Sequence record: ON528745
Reading direction: 5' to 3' (one strand)
DNA length: 64,000 nt
DNA from: Shigella phage ESH35
Below are positions 41,761 through 59,720 of the stretch, piece by piece. The translations under genes were made by a program, and so were the position numbers. The notes below the pieces were generated by a model. The model was not told where the DNA came from and ran no database searches. It was given only the letters and a program-made list of their open reading frames with translations. The stretch's first letter is position 1, and each line of letters starts with the position of its first letter.

Positions 41761-43042
41761 ATTCATCAACAATAATTTTTGGTAATTTAACACCTAATAA
41801 AACAGACAAATCTGAACGACCCGCCATTTTATCCATGTCTCCACCATCAATTACTCTTGCTTCTTTTTCATCTTTTGCTACAGTGTAAGGATTTGCAGAT
41901 AAAGCATATCTAACTAATAAACCGATAGATGGCTGCAAACTTTCTGGGTCAACTACAACTTTAAATGCACCTACATGTTCAGGGTCATCTAAGTCGAGAC
42001 CTTCTGTATACGGAGCATAGAAAATTGATCCAACAATTTCTTTTTCACCGATATTTTCTACTACGCCAACGATTACATAATCTAATGGGCTGTTAGTATC
42101 GCAATAAAGCGGTAAACCATTAGCTAAGAACCCGTAGGCATTTTGTGAAAGATATTTATCATCTTCTGGTTTATGTTTTAACCAACCTGATGCAGCAAGA
42201 ATCGCAGCGGCACGAGCTGAAGCAACACAGAACGTTGCTGTATAAGTTGATTCTTTTTGGATATGCGAAACCATTTCACATACCATTCGGTATAATGAAC
42301 GACCAGCTTCAGGAGCAGATGCATAACTCAAATCAATGAATCCAGTATCAGTAATTCCTGTAACTTTATAGCGTTTTGACACTGTAATCAAAGACTGCAG
42401 AATATCTTTATTGATTTCATCTGCCATTTCAGTTGCAAGCAAATCTTCCAAGAAATTAGGAGCATCGAATCCATTTGCTTCTAAATCTTGCGCTAATTCA
42501 ACTGTGATGCCAGTTTTAAGTTTACGAGATTTAACCGCGGTTTGCCATTTATTAATCTGAAATCTAGCATCCGCAATTTCGCTATCAGAGCTTTCAAATT
42601 TGCTTGTTGACGCTGCGTCAGAAAATAGACGAACCTTTAAAAGAACAATTGCAATCTGAAGAGCTAACTCTAAGTCGCTTTCTTCAATATCAGCGAATGG
42701 AGTATCTTCTAATACTTTATAAACGATGTTATTATATTTGAATAAATCGCCTTTATTGAGAGTTAATTTAGACTCTTCTGTTAATTCTGTGATTTGTTCT
42801 CGGTCTACATATCCAGCTTCGCCAGCGTAAGTAGCACCAGTTTTAAATGTAAATTCATTGTCTGGGTTAAGGTATTTGATACCATAAAAAGCAGCAACAG
42901 GTTGATTAGTTCTTTGCGTTGCTACAATGTCAGAATATATTAATTTAGTGGTAGCGCGAGTCAAAGCAACGAGATTTGGGCGACCGATTGAGTTGCTATT
43001 CGTTGTGGTTGATTCGCGCAGAAGTTCGTTGATTTTAGCCAT
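41759..43042 (-). CDS. 24: Head vertex protein gp24
   Basis: 427-aa product, paralog of the major capsid protein; T4 gp24 length. Confidence 0.9.
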   Translation of the reverse strand: MAKINELLRESTTTNSNSIGRPNLVALTRATTKLIYSDIVATQRTNQPVAAFYGIKYLNPDNEFTFKTGATYAGEAGYVDREQITELTEESKLTLNKGDLFKYNNIVYKVLEDTPFADIEESDLELALQIAIVLLKVRLFSDAASTSKFESSDSEIADARFQINKWQTAVKSRKLKTGITVELAQDLEANGFDAPNFLEDLLATEMADEINKDILQSLITVSKRYKVTGITDTGFIDLSYASAPEAGRSLYRMVCEMVSHIQKESTYTATFCVASARAAAILAASGWLKHKPEDDKYLSQNAYGFLANGLPLYCDTNSPLDYVIVGVVENIGEKEIVGSIFYAPYTEGLDLDDPEHVGAFKVVVDPESLQPSIGLLVRYALSANPYTVAKDEKEARVIDGGDMDKMAGRSDLSVLLGVKLPKIIVDE

Positions 43043-43069
43043 TGCGCTTTCCTTTTGGTTTATATGATT

Positions 43070-43077
43070 TATTTATA
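43070..43077 (-). promoter_or_regulatory. T4 late promoter (TATAAATA on minus strand) for gene 24
   Basis: TATTTATA on + strand about 28 nt upstream of the gene 24 start. Confidence 0.6.
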
Positions 43078-43092
43078 CCATAAAAACAACTA

Positions 43093-43112
43093 AAGGGACC
43101 CGAAGGTCCCTT
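43093..43112 (-). terminator. Terminator hairpin downstream of gene 23
   Basis: AAGGGACC-CGAA-GGTCCCTT. Confidence 0.75.
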
Positions 43113-43125
43113 AAATCGTCAAAGA

Positions 43126-44691
43126 TTAGATACCTTTAACATATACACGTCTAAAGTAAGCGTTTTTACCAAGGCTATTCAGAATAGAAGGCATACCGCT
43201 CTGGATGCGAGAAGCCGGAGCCTGAGCAGCGGATTCTGCAAATGGGTTGATACCGATACCGTAACGAGTTTTGAATCCCATTACCGGTTGGAAGTTCTTC
43301 GGATCGGAACCACGCAGCGGAGTCAGAGCTACATATGGAGCATAGTAAATACCAGCATCCATTTCGTTCGGACCTTTATAACCTACAGTGAAATAATCCT
43401 GCTTAGCATACTGGTCGATATATACACGGTATTTACCACCCAGAACACCAGCAAATACTGACTTGGTAGTATCAGTGTTAAAGCCGGTAGCCAGACCCTG
43501 TGCAGCATAAGAAATGCCAGTATCAACTGAAGCCAGAACGTTAACTACGTTACGGGAAGCGATAATGAAGTTACCTTCACCACGACCGGTCTGACGAGCA
43601 ATTTCAACTGCTTCTTTGTCAATCTGGAACAGCAGAGCTTTAAAGGATTCACCCGCCCAGCGAGCACCACGAATATCAATTGGATCCTGGAAGTCAAACA
43701 CACCAGCTTTAGAACCCGGAGTCAGGGTCATACCAGATTTACCAACCTGAGCTGAGTAGTTAATCCAATCAACAACTTCACGGTTGATTTCCAGCATGAT
43801 TTCGGTAGCCAGAATACCAGACAGTTCAGCATCAGCATCCATACCGTGAACAGCGCGGAGGTCTTGTGCTAATTCGATAGAGTAAGCAGCTTTCAGCTGA
43901 CGAGATTTAGCTTCGATAACTTGTTTATCGATACGGAAGCCCATTTCATTCCATGGGTTATCGGTAGAACCGTTGAAACCTTCCTGAAGTTCAGCGATAG
44001 AAGTAGCCATGCCTTCAGCGATTTCTACCAGTACACCAGCTTCCATTTGTTTCTTAACTTCGGCATCTAATTTAGCAGCATCAGTCGCACTAGCATCGAT
44101 TGTTACTACAGCGGAAGCTTGCAGATACACAGTACCAGTTTCCTGGAAGAAGTGAGTATAGATATCACCTACAACGGTTTGTGTGCTAGCAGCCAGAGCT
44201 GGGAATTTCTTAGCAGCACCCTGACCAGAGAACATTGCATCTGGACCATACATTGGGTGGAATGCTTCTTTAGCATCGGCAGCGATTGGGTCTTTACCAT
44301 ATACTGCGCGGAGTGCGAATACCTGACCGGTTGGGCTGTTCATCGGCTGAACACCGCAAATATCGAAAGCAATCAGGTTAGGAATAGCACGACGTACCAT
44401 ACCCATAACAGCTGGGCCAATCTGAGTTACTGCGCCAGAAGTCTGACCTGCAGCGATGTTAGTAGCGTTGTAACCGTGGTCACCACCGATTTCAGCTTCT
44501 GTTAAGAAAGAACCAAATGCCTGAGCAATTTTTTCGTCTTTATATTCCGGAGCTGTCTGGAAATCTTTTTCCTGGTTTTCAAAGATTTTAGCGATAATCG
44601 CTTGTTTGCTATTAGCAATTTCCGGTAAACCTTCACCTTCCAGTAATGGCTTCCATTTGTTCAAAAGTTCAGCTTTAGTTTTGATAGTCAT
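43126..44691 (-). CDS. 23: Major capsid protein gp23
   Basis: 521-aa product MTIKTKAELLNKWKPLLEGEGLPEIANSKQAI...; T4 gp23. Confidence 0.95.
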   Translation of the reverse strand: MTIKTKAELLNKWKPLLEGEGLPEIANSKQAIIAKIFENQEKDFQTAPEYKDEKIAQAFGSFLTEAEIGGDHGYNATNIAAGQTSGAVTQIGPAVMGMVRRAIPNLIAFDICGVQPMNSPTGQVFALRAVYGKDPIAADAKEAFHPMYGPDAMFSGQGAAKKFPALAASTQTVVGDIYTHFFQETGTVYLQASAVVTIDASATDAAKLDAEVKKQMEAGVLVEIAEGMATSIAELQEGFNGSTDNPWNEMGFRIDKQVIEAKSRQLKAAYSIELAQDLRAVHGMDADAELSGILATEIMLEINREVVDWINYSAQVGKSGMTLTPGSKAGVFDFQDPIDIRGARWAGESFKALLFQIDKEAVEIARQTGRGEGNFIIASRNVVNVLASVDTGISYAAQGLATGFNTDTTKSVFAGVLGGKYRVYIDQYAKQDYFTVGYKGPNEMDAGIYYAPYVALTPLRGSDPKNFQPVMGFKTRYGIGINPFAESAAQAPASRIQSGMPSILNSLGKNAYFRRVYVKGI

Positions 44692-44709
44692 TTGTGTTAA
44701 CCTTTAAAA

Positions 44710-45519
44710 TTAGAAACGAGATGCGACTTTCGCATATACACTTACAATATCTTCTGCACCTTGTGCAGATTTATCTTCTACAGCTTCAGTGACGAAATTC
44801 AGTCCGGCTGCTTCAGTATCAGGAGTATTTATACTCTCAGTAATAGTGCTTTCATCTTTATTAGATTTCTTCACCATTTCTACGATTGCACTCAATTTAC
44901 TTGAGAATGCATCTGAATAATCCATACCTTCGACCAGAGCAGAGACTTTTTCTTTTTGAGACTCAGTCAGATCTTTAGTACTTTCGCTCAATGCCACTTC
45001 ACGCTGCACATAATTGATATATGCGTCACGCTTATTGAGTTCTTCGAACAGACGAGCTGATTCTTCTTTATGTTCTTGCAGTTCTTCTTCCATTTCAGCT
45101 ACAACATCAACTGATTCTTCTGGAATAACAACGTTGTGTTCAACGAAGAGCTCTTTCAATCCACCAAGCATGGATTCAAACAGTTCGGCTTTGATACCTT
45201 TATCAACTGCTAATTTATTTTCAGCGAGCCATTCTTTCGCAAGATGGTCAATGAATTTAGAAGCTTGCTCAGCGATTTTCTTCTCAGCTTTTTCTTCGGC
45301 TTCTTCTTTATTTTTTTCTACTTCTTCTTCTGCTTTTTCAGCAATTTTAGCGATATGAGATTCAGCTAATTTAACGGCGTGCTGCTTGACGGTAGCTTCG
45401 AATACAGTGCCGAAAGTTTCTTTTGCTTCCGGAGAAATATTAACTGATTCGAAAATACTATCAAGAGCAACGGAAGCATCAATTTTCTGCGCTTCGGCAA
45501 TCAGTTGTTCTTTAAGCAT
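44710..45519 (-). CDS. 22: Prohead core scaffold protein gp22
   Basis: 269-aa highly charged coiled-coil protein MLKEQLIAEAQKIDASVALD... Confidence 0.9.
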   Translation of the reverse strand: MLKEQLIAEAQKIDASVALDSIFESVNISPEAKETFGTVFEATVKQHAVKLAESHIAKIAEKAEEEVEKNKEEAEEKAEKKIAEQASKFIDHLAKEWLAENKLAVDKGIKAELFESMLGGLKELFVEHNVVIPEESVDVVAEMEEELQEHKEESARLFEELNKRDAYINYVQREVALSESTKDLTESQKEKVSALVEGMDYSDAFSSKLSAIVEMVKKSNKDESTITESINTPDTEAAGLNFVTEAVEDKSAQGAEDIVSVYAKVASRF

Positions 45520-45549
45520 TTTGTAGTCCTGTTGTTTAGATAATAATAT

Positions 45550-46188
45550 TTATAACGCTTTTTTCATGGCCTCTGCGAGAGCCATATAGGCGTCATCGGC
45601 ACTTGTATCGGCTTCCGCCGTCTGTGATTCGGTAATTTCCTTAGGAGTTACCCATGCATCTGGAGCACTTGGACCCCATACTGCATCAACACCTACAGTT
45701 AATTTGAATCCTTCGTTTACGATACGATAACCTTTATTTGTGTCAGTCAATGAACCTAATCCACGAGAAGAAACTCCTGGAATCCATCCGGCACGAATAT
45801 TAGCTGCTAATTTATCTCCAGGACCATGGTCACCTTCAATAACACGAGCTCGTCCGTATACGTCATTTCCTTTCCACCACATATCTTCTATAATGATAGC
45901 GGCTTGCATCGGGTCAACATTAGCGCGTGGAGGATGATTTAATTCTCCGAGAGCTTGTTTAGTTAAAACTTGCTCATTAATATAGTCTTTTACCGCTTTT
46001 TCTAATATACGTTTTGGATAAAGACGTTTATTTCTATTGACGACTTCCGCTTGCATGAATATTCCTTCGATGTATAAACCCGGTTTTAAACCTAAGTCTT
46101 TTCCATCATGAGATTCAAGCATTGGTACGCCATCAATAATTTCGCCAGGTTGACCCCAAGTTTCAATTAGTAATTGGGGTTCATTCAT
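45550..46188 (-). CDS. 21: Prohead core protease gp21
   Basis: 212-aa product [20 protein letters not shown]...; T4 gp21 length. Confidence 0.9.
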   Translation of the reverse strand: MNEPQLLIETWGQPGEIIDGVPMLESHDGKDLGLKPGLYIEGIFMQAEVVNRNKRLYPKRILEKAVKDYINEQVLTKQALGELNHPPRANVDPMQAAIIIEDMWWKGNDVYGRARVIEGDHGPGDKLAANIRAGWIPGVSSRGLGSLTDTNKGYRIVNEGFKLTVGVDAVWGPSAPDAWVTPKEITESQTAEADTSADDAYMALAEAMKKAL

Positions 46189-46613
46189 TAGCTTAATCCT
46201 AATGCTTTACGGCGTTTAAGAGCTTTTTTACGCTTACGCTGAGCACGAGATTGACCTGCTGGATTGGCAATCTTCGTTTTGGTAGCTTTACGAGCAATTT
46301 GTCTACGTTTTGCTTTAGACAGCCCAGTGGTTTGAAATGCATTACGTTCACGCGTTTTGCGGTCTTTAGTGCGAGTAATTTCACCACGGGCGGAAACATG
46401 TTTAACGATGAATTCATTTAACGGCATATTTTCATTAATAGAAGCTAATGCAACCGCTAAATCAGTTTCATCATCAAGCATATTCTCGACAATTGTATTT
46501 ATATCGTCTTTATTTAAAGCAGAAGACAATTCGTCAAAGCGACCCTGTGCTTCAGGAATAAGTGCTTCGACATTCTCGAGAACTAATTCATGAGTTTCAG
46601 GGATCAGAAGCAT
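46188..46613 (-). CDS. 68: Prohead core protein gp68
   Basis: 141-aa product with basic C-terminus; T4 gp68 length and position. Confidence 0.8.
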
Positions 46614-46857
46614 TATTCATCATCCTCGTCTTCGTCAGAGTCTTTGTCTTTTTTGTCGTCTTTATCATCGCTATCTTCGTCATCATCTTCATCTTCATCC
46701 TCGTCTTCAGGTTCTTCACCTTCGATTAAGAAATTACGAGCGATAGCGATTTTTTCTTCTTTAATTAAATCAATCGTTCTTGCAGCCATGGCTTCAGCAA
46801 ATAATTTACGAGCGGCTACGAGGTCGTTTGATTTAATAGCTTCAATTAAACCTTCCA

Positions 46858-46858
<1 letters not shown>
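46613..46858 (-). CDS. 67: Prohead core protein gp67
   Basis: 81-aa product with poly-acidic C-tail ([15 protein letters not shown]...). Confidence 0.8.
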
Positions 46859-48483
<1,625 letters not shown>

Positions 48484-48515
48484 TTAAGCAGGATGGGGAT
48501 TTCTCCCCATTCATT

Positions 48516-49007
48516 TTATTCCCAATAATCGAGAGCAAGAGTTACTTCAAAGGTTTGAATTTCATTGTTTGAATCCCAATCTAATTGAAGTTCACCCACG
48601 TTAGTAGGCCATAGACCTTTAATTTCAATTTCTTTTGTTACTGTTTTAGCGTCACGAGCATATTGACGAACGATAGCGCTCTTTTTATACTCTGCAGGTT
48701 TTCCACCAGTAATTTCGTTTCCTTGACCAGCAGCAATGCTTTGCCAATCAACAAACTTCTGACGAGCATCATGAGCTTCATCATTCATCACTGTAACAGT
48801 CCAATCATCGAATGTACGGTCTCCTGCTACATTAATTTTACGGTTCATAAATCCGACTGGAATTTTTTCTACAATACCAGCTGGTAAAGCAGTAGCTTTA
48901 CATTGGAACGTAAAATTTTGGCCAAGATAAGAAATCTCTACTTGGAATAAGTTAGGTCGCGCAAAATCACCAGATTCAAACGCTCGTGTTACATCATCTA
49001 CAAACAT
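48516..49007 (-). CDS. 19: Tail tube protein gp19
   Basis: 163-aa product MFVDDVTRAFESGDFARPNLF... Confidence 0.9.
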   Translation of the reverse strand: MFVDDVTRAFESGDFARPNLFQVEISYLGQNFTFQCKATALPAGIVEKIPVGFMNRKINVAGDRTFDDWTVTVMNDEAHDARQKFVDWQSIAAGQGNEITGGKPAEYKKSAIVRQYARDAKTVTKEIEIKGLWPTNVGELQLDWDSNNEIQTFEVTLALDYWE

Positions 49008-49022
49008 ATTAGCCTCTGTAGT

Positions 49023-49030
49023 ATTTATAT
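49023..49030 (-). promoter_or_regulatory. T4 late promoter for gene 19 (second copy at 49082-49089)
   Basis: TATAAATA on minus strand upstream of gene 19. Confidence 0.5.
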
Positions 49031-49123
49031 CCCTATGTTTAACCTAGGGCATATAGAATTAAAGAATTAAGGATATAGTGTATTTATATGGCCTGTCGAA
49101 ACAGGCCTTTAGAATGCACCGTA

Positions 49124-51103
49124 TTAACCAGCAAGACCAGTTAACTCATCGAAATCTGCACCAGTAGCAGTCGCAACGAAGTTAAGCTGGATATAATTTA
49201 TACTGCGCGCCGGTTGGATGTAGAATGTTGCAACAAACTCATTTCTATCAATTACTGACGGAGTGTTATTTGTTGTATCGCAAACTACACGATATTCATA
49301 AATTCCGCCAAGAGCTTTAATTCCTTGCAAGTACTGAGCAGTTTCTGTACGGAATGAAGAACGAGTAAACGCGTTGTTTAATTCGAACAAACGATATTTT
49401 GAACTACGTCCGATATTCGTTTTCAACATATTAAACAGACGACGAACGTTAATACGATCAAATGGAGAAGGAACAGAAGTAGCTGTTTTATCACCATACA
49501 ATACGTAACCATCACCACCTGTACCAGTTACTGGGTTGATAGCTTCTTGATATAAGCGGTCACGTTGTGCCTGGCGAGTTTCAATAGCAAGTTTAATAAC
49601 GTTAAGAATCTGGCCACGATTATAACCAGCTGGTGACATCCAAGTCTGAGATACGTTATCAGTTCTTGCGCATAAACCAGCAATATCAGCTGCTAATGGA
49701 ACCCAACGATTCACATCATTATATTTGTCATACTGATATTTGTAGTTACCATCAATTGCTGCGTAGGTTGAACTAATATTAAAGTTATTATCAGTATATG
49801 AACCTGCGGCAGTTCTCCAATTGACTAAGTTGTCAACAGCACGGGTTACAGGAATTCCAACTACAGTTTCACGCGGTGGTGAGCACAATACTAAGCAATC
49901 CTGGCGAGCATCACCAATTGAAACGACGTGTTTTTGGACAGTAGATGCTGTTTCAAGAGATTCACCGGCACAAGAACCCGCAATAAACAGTTGAACATCA
50001 ACGGATTCACGGTCAGCAAAGAAGTCCCAAGCTTCCATCAAATCTCCTGCTGTTACTTCAGCATTTGATGATAATCCACCAGACAGAGTTAAAATTCCAG
50101 AGAAGCCTTCTGGCCAGTTTTGTGCAGTTGCAAAAATATATTCTGAACCACCTTTTGCGAAAAAGTCATCGATATAGATGTTACTATCGTAAATATCTTT
50201 TTCACCACGCTTAGTTGAAAGAACAACGCTTTGAACAATAGCATCATTACGACGAACTATAATAGCGTACTGTGAATCAGTTTGTGGTCCATATCCAAAC
50301 ACTGCTTTAGCAGTAGATGCACGAGTACCACCACCTGGATAAATTGGCAGTAATGCAGAAGCTCCTTTTGCGTAGTCAGCTTTAGATACGATTTCAATTT
50401 CAATTTTATCGCCTAATTCGCCTGGATAAAGAGCTACTACTCCTGGAATTCCGTATTTTTCGAGACTTGCTTGAAAGTCAACCGCTGTCATAGCAGCTTC
50501 AGCATTTTCAATTTCAGCTAATAAAATACCAGAATCAGTAATAATTTTTCCAAGAGTTATTACTGCAGCTAAACCAGAGGAAGACGAAGAAATTTCCGCA
50601 GTCCAGTTAGAACCTAATTCCGGATATTCACCGACTTCTTTCGCTTTAGCGATAATTTTTGCAGTAGGAATATTAATTTTCTTAATTTTTCCATCTGCGT
50701 CTACTTCAGTAATTTTACCTTCAGTTTCAATATCATCCGAAACATATTTGACCGTGATTTTATCTCCAACCGCGTAGTTACTACCTGGGGTAGAAATAGT
50801 GTATTCAATATTACCAGCAATCGGAGATGAGTTTTTAGCGGTATCTCTATCGACAGCGCGCACAACTCGCAAATCATTTCCATATTGTAAGAAATTCATT
50901 GCAGACATAAAATAATCAGCAGTTTCAGCTGTAGGTTGACCAAAAGTATTAACTAAATCTACCTCATTTGTAACCTGTTTAATCTGAAAAGCAGGACCCC
51001 ACTGGAATTTACCGGCCAAAGCTGCTGTACCAGTAGAGTTATTAACTACGGTGCTTTGAACCGTAGTTTCTTTGAGCTCAATGCCCGGAGATAATAAAGT
51101 CAT
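49124..51103 (-). CDS. 18: Tail sheath protein gp18
   Basis: 659-aa product MTLLSPGIELKETTVQSTVVNNSTG... Confidence 0.95.
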   Translation of the reverse strand: MTLLSPGIELKETTVQSTVVNNSTGTAALAGKFQWGPAFQIKQVTNEVDLVNTFGQPTAETADYFMSAMNFLQYGNDLRVVRAVDRDTAKNSSPIAGNIEYTISTPGSNYAVGDKITVKYVSDDIETEGKITEVDADGKIKKINIPTAKIIAKAKEVGEYPELGSNWTAEISSSSSGLAAVITLGKIITDSGILLAEIENAEAAMTAVDFQASLEKYGIPGVVALYPGELGDKIEIEIVSKADYAKGASALLPIYPGGGTRASTAKAVFGYGPQTDSQYAIIVRRNDAIVQSVVLSTKRGEKDIYDSNIYIDDFFAKGGSEYIFATAQNWPEGFSGILTLSGGLSSNAEVTAGDLMEAWDFFADRESVDVQLFIAGSCAGESLETASTVQKHVVSIGDARQDCLVLCSPPRETVVGIPVTRAVDNLVNWRTAAGSYTDNNFNISSTYAAIDGNYKYQYDKYNDVNRWVPLAADIAGLCARTDNVSQTWMSPAGYNRGQILNVIKLAIETRQAQRDRLYQEAINPVTGTGGDGYVLYGDKTATSVPSPFDRINVRRLFNMLKTNIGRSSKYRLFELNNAFTRSSFRTETAQYLQGIKALGGIYEYRVVCDTTNNTPSVIDRNEFVATFYIQPARSINYIQLNFVATATGADFDELTGLAG

Positions 51104-51134
51104 TTTTAATCCTCTTTAATATGCTTTAATATAT

Positions 51135-54272
<3,138 letters not shown>

Positions 54273-54313
54273 GATTTCTCCTAATCTGGGCTTTAATTAG
54301 TTTATAATATTTA

Positions 54314-56015
<1,702 letters not shown>

Positions 56016-56046
56016 TTAAAATCCTTTGGGGCCTTGCGGCCCCATG

Positions 56047-57504
56047 TTATGCTGGTGATAAAAAGGTAGAAAGTAATACCCATTCGCCGTCTTTACGAAC
56101 GTAAGCTTGACCATCTTTTGGAGCTTCAGGAATATAACCTGCTTCCTGCAAAGTCTGAACATCCCCCTGTAATGAAGATACATTACTTTTAATACTACGC
56201 ATTTCTTGATTAATTGAAGCAATGTTAGTCTCATTAGCTTTTATTGAATTAGTCAATCCGCGTTCTTCGACAGTTGAACCATTTGGATTTGTTCCATTTA
56301 CTAATTTATTTAATGCTACAACTTGTCCTTTAATTCCGGAATTGTTATTACCAATTTCAACTTGTAAGTTTTGAACATCATTGTTCAATCTATTAACGGA
56401 AGTTTCAATAGTTGAAACCCTATTTAAAAGAGACCCAGGAGGAGAAGGCTGACCTCCACTAGAATCAGTTCCAACGATTTGGTTTAGCCATGAAACATTT
56501 GCTCGTAGTCCAGATGAAGTGTTTTCACCAACAATTCCATTTAAAAACTCAATTGATGTGGTATTATCTTTAATTTGACCTTTAATACTAGAAGGAATAT
56601 CATCTGAGCCAATTGATGTTTCAATGACAGTCAATCGTTGTTTAATACCTCCGCTTTTATTTAGTTCATCATTTAAAGCTGAAATTTCTCGTGTATTAGT
56701 GTTAACATCTGTGATTATTGAAGTATTTCCTGGATATCCAATAGAAGTTTTGATAGATTTAATTTCGGAACTAAGATTAATCTGTGATTGATCTAAATTA
56801 TGCACACGTGAATATATGCTTTCACTAAATGAAGATGGTCTTTGTCCAAGTTCTTGTCTAAGATTTCCGACTTCAATTGTCAGTGAACCTACATCAGATT
56901 CAATAAATTTTTCTTCCAAATCACTTAGACGTATTCCTTGGGAAGTTATAGCATCTGTATTATTAATGATACGGTGCTTCATACCCGTGCTGCTATTTCC
57001 TACAACAGGAAGACCGTTAATGTCTTGCCCAGCATATTGTCCTAATTCCCTTTTAATCCATAACAAATCATTTCTAATCGTTCTATAAACTGAATTTGCT
57101 TGCGAATTAAATGGACCAATGTCAGCAAGAATGCTATCGACAGTATTATTAGTTCCATTTAATATATCAGTATGTTCACTCGTAAGCGTTTTTAAATTTG
57201 ATATGTCATTTTTATTAACGCTGATCTGTGATAGCGCTTCTATATCTCCTGATACATCTAAGATACCCTGAATGGTTTTAATATCTTCCTGGGATGTTTC
57301 TAATGCTGTTTTAAGAATTCCTATATTTTCGTCAAGAACCTCAACATTTTTAAACACGGAAACAGTTGGTCTATTCATTGATCCATCGTTTCCATACTTA
57401 GTACTAGCTCCTAATATTTCTTCACCATTTTTAATCCATGAAATACGCTCCTGACCTTCGCCAGGAACGCTATCAACAAAAGGTAAATCTTTTAATTCAA
57501 TCAT
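56047..57504 (-). CDS. wac: Fibritin (whisker protein)
   Basis: 485-aa coiled-coil protein ending with foldon [30 protein letters not shown]. Confidence 0.95.
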   Translation of the reverse strand: MIELKDLPFVDSVPGEGQERISWIKNGEEILGASTKYGNDGSMNRPTVSVFKNVEVLDENIGILKTALETSQEDIKTIQGILDVSGDIEALSQISVNKNDISNLKTLTSEHTDILNGTNNTVDSILADIGPFNSQANSVYRTIRNDLLWIKRELGQYAGQDINGLPVVGNSSTGMKHRIINNTDAITSQGIRLSDLEEKFIESDVGSLTIEVGNLRQELGQRPSSFSESIYSRVHNLDQSQINLSSEIKSIKTSIGYPGNTSIITDVNTNTREISALNDELNKSGGIKQRLTVIETSIGSDDIPSSIKGQIKDNTTSIEFLNGIVGENTSSGLRANVSWLNQIVGTDSSGGQPSPPGSLLNRVSTIETSVNRLNNDVQNLQVEIGNNNSGIKGQVVALNKLVNGTNPNGSTVEERGLTNSIKANETNIASINQEMRSIKSNVSSLQGDVQTLQEAGYIPEAPKDGQAYVRKDGEWVLLSTFLSPA

Positions 57505-57513
57505 TTGTAATCC

Positions 57514-59064
57514 TTAGTAATGAATTTTAATAATATAGTTTAATGATATATTCCATGGTCTAGTTTCATAACCAATTAATCCTTCACGATTAAGTGTACC
57601 AAGGGCATCTCTCGGTCCACCCAATTCAAATCCATCATTAGTGAAGTATGAAGCATTATCCCAGTCGGAATATTTTCTAGTTCCAAGATATCCTTGATAA
57701 ACGGACGCGCCAAATGGACCTTCACTTCTGTTATATTCCCCCCAACCACCAGCGTGTTTATGGTATGACATTTGTTGTGCTTGAACGCCACCAACATGCA
57801 TTCCGTCACATCCTACACCAAGTCTATCCTTCCCATAACCATCTTGTCCACGTTGATTTAAAATATGACCGCCCGTGCCAGCTCCTCTAACAAAAAGACC
57901 TCTCATATCAGGAATGCCAGGGTTATTCCAATCACCACCAAATCTTGTTCCAACTGTGTTTCTATAATCAGGATATTGATCTCCTGACACTGTTCCACCG
58001 TGGCACATAATCCAACCCGGAGGTGCTGAATCACCCGCAAACATCATAATAGTTCCAACTGGAACTCTTTCGGACGCATATCTTTCAGTGGCAACAGGTT
58101 GATCGCCATTTTTCCACATTCCGCCGCGCGACCAAATTCCGTTTGCTGTAAGATGGTCTAAATTTAAAGAACCATTAATAGTTTGTCCACCACGAGTATT
58201 AATTACATCTGCGTTCCATGCTAATGCTCCAGAGCTATCACCTTCAGGGGCAATACCGGCTTGCGTCGTTAATTTTACTACCCCACGCATAGAACCGGTA
58301 GCTCCTCGACCATTTAGTGTTTCACCTGTTACTGCAACATCTCCTAAATTACTGTTAATTTCCGATTGTGTTCCTAAACGTATAACGCCCTTATATTCTT
58401 GTGTTGCAACAGAATTCATAAATGTATACGGAGAAATTGCATATCCTTCGCGGAGAGTTCCTTGACGTGTTTGCGCAACAGTAGATAATTGAACTACACC
58501 TCTCACAGATTCTGATGCAGTATCTTCGGAAGGAGCTATTTGTGAAATTAATTTTATTGCAAGTTTTTGTGTTTTCAGTGGAGTCATTGCCGTAGTATCA
58601 TCAACTCCAGCTAAAGCTGCAGGCGTAGATGATATTTTAATAACCCCGTTTGATGACTCAGACGAATATCTATTTTGGAACACATCGTCAGTATGGTATT
58701 TCAGTTTTTGCGGCGTTATTGATGAATTATTATCTGAGCCTTCTAATGTTTCTTCATTTGTTGAATAGCGCGTTAAACCATACTTAGTTTCAGTAGCATT
58801 TGGATACAATAATCTTGTTGCTAATGTAGCTGGTGTAACGATTTTAGAATTATTAGTTCCATCTAAAACCTCTTGCTCTGACGCAATCATTGCTATTCCT
58901 TTAACTTCCATAGTTGCATCAGGAATACCATTTACGCCGATATTACTTATTTTTGATAATGCAGACTGCACTGTCGTGACAGTGTCAGGAAAATTCGATC
59001 CTACTGGATCGAATTTAACATATTTTGATTCATTTGATACGTGCTGATATGTATTGTTACTCAT
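57514..59064 (-). CDS. 12: Short tail fibre protein gp12
   Basis: 516-aa product [39 protein letters not shown]... Confidence 0.9.
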   Translation of the reverse strand: MSNNTYQHVSNESKYVKFDPVGSNFPDTVTTVQSALSKISNIGVNGIPDATMEVKGIAMIASEQEVLDGTNNSKIVTPATLATRLLYPNATETKYGLTRYSTNEETLEGSDNNSSITPQKLKYHTDDVFQNRYSSESSNGVIKISSTPAALAGVDDTTAMTPLKTQKLAIKLISQIAPSEDTASESVRGVVQLSTVAQTRQGTLREGYAISPYTFMNSVATQEYKGVIRLGTQSEINSNLGDVAVTGETLNGRGATGSMRGVVKLTTQAGIAPEGDSSGALAWNADVINTRGGQTINGSLNLDHLTANGIWSRGGMWKNGDQPVATERYASERVPVGTIMMFAGDSAPPGWIMCHGGTVSGDQYPDYRNTVGTRFGGDWNNPGIPDMRGLFVRGAGTGGHILNQRGQDGYGKDRLGVGCDGMHVGGVQAQQMSYHKHAGGWGEYNRSEGPFGASVYQGYLGTRKYSDWDNASYFTNDGFELGGPRDALGTLNREGLIGYETRPWNISLNYIIKIHY

Positions 59065-59720
59065 GCTATTCTCTCAAAATAATAAAATACCGTAGGTTGT
59101 GTGTGACTATCTAGCGTGACAGTTTGCGCACCTAATAATTGCCAAGTTCCGTATCCAGGTTTAGAAGGAGAAATTATTTCTTGTTTGAAAGTAATTCCTT
59201 TATCAGAGTATTGTTCTAAGATATGTTCTTGGTTATCTAAATACTTAACTTGTATTTTATTTCCTATGGTAGGATGGTCTTCAAATGAATCAATTGCAAT
59301 AAATTTTGCAACCATTTCCTGCAGAGCTGTTCTAACGGCACTGGTAAATTCGATTGAAGTCATTCCATTAGTAGCTTTAACTGGAATACCAAACATGTTA
59401 ACAATAACTGTGTCACCTGGTTTGGCTGAAGTATCATTGACAGTTCCTTCAAATGACCAGTAGTCTGTTTGTTGCACTCCAGTAGGAGATACGCCGCTTA
59501 TATTAACTAATACAGCTCCAACCTGTTGCTCTGCCATATTTCTAACATCATTAATAGCAGATTCTACATTTGGGTCATAAAAACCTTTTGCTATTTGTGA
59601 AATTGTTACAGCACCTACTGGCTGATTATTCATAACCGAAATATCATTTTTCTTAGTTCTAAAACCAAGAAAATCTGCTAAGCGGGAAATAACTCCCGCT
59701 TTATTATTAAGTAAACTCAT
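59061..59720 (-). CDS. 11: Baseplate wedge protein gp11 (short tail fibre attachment)
   Basis: 219 aa from Met of [20 protein letters not shown], chosen to match T4 gp11; start overlaps the gene 10 stop. Confidence 0.85.
   Translation of the reverse strand: MSLLNNKAGVISRLADFLGFRTKKNDISVMNNQPVGAVTISQIAKGFYDPNVESAINDVRNMAEQQVGAVLVNISGVSPTGVQQTDYWSFEGTVNDTSAKPGDTVIVNMFGIPVKATNGMTSIEFTSAVRTALQEMVAKFIAIDSFEDHPTIGNKIQVKYLDNQEHILEQYSDKGITFKQEIISPSKPGYGTWQLLGAQTVTLDSHTQPTVFYYFERIA

Noticed and set aside
56016-56234. 72-aa minus-strand ORF overlapping the 3' end of fibritin
   Set aside because: Different frame overlapping the conserved foldon coding region; no independent support.
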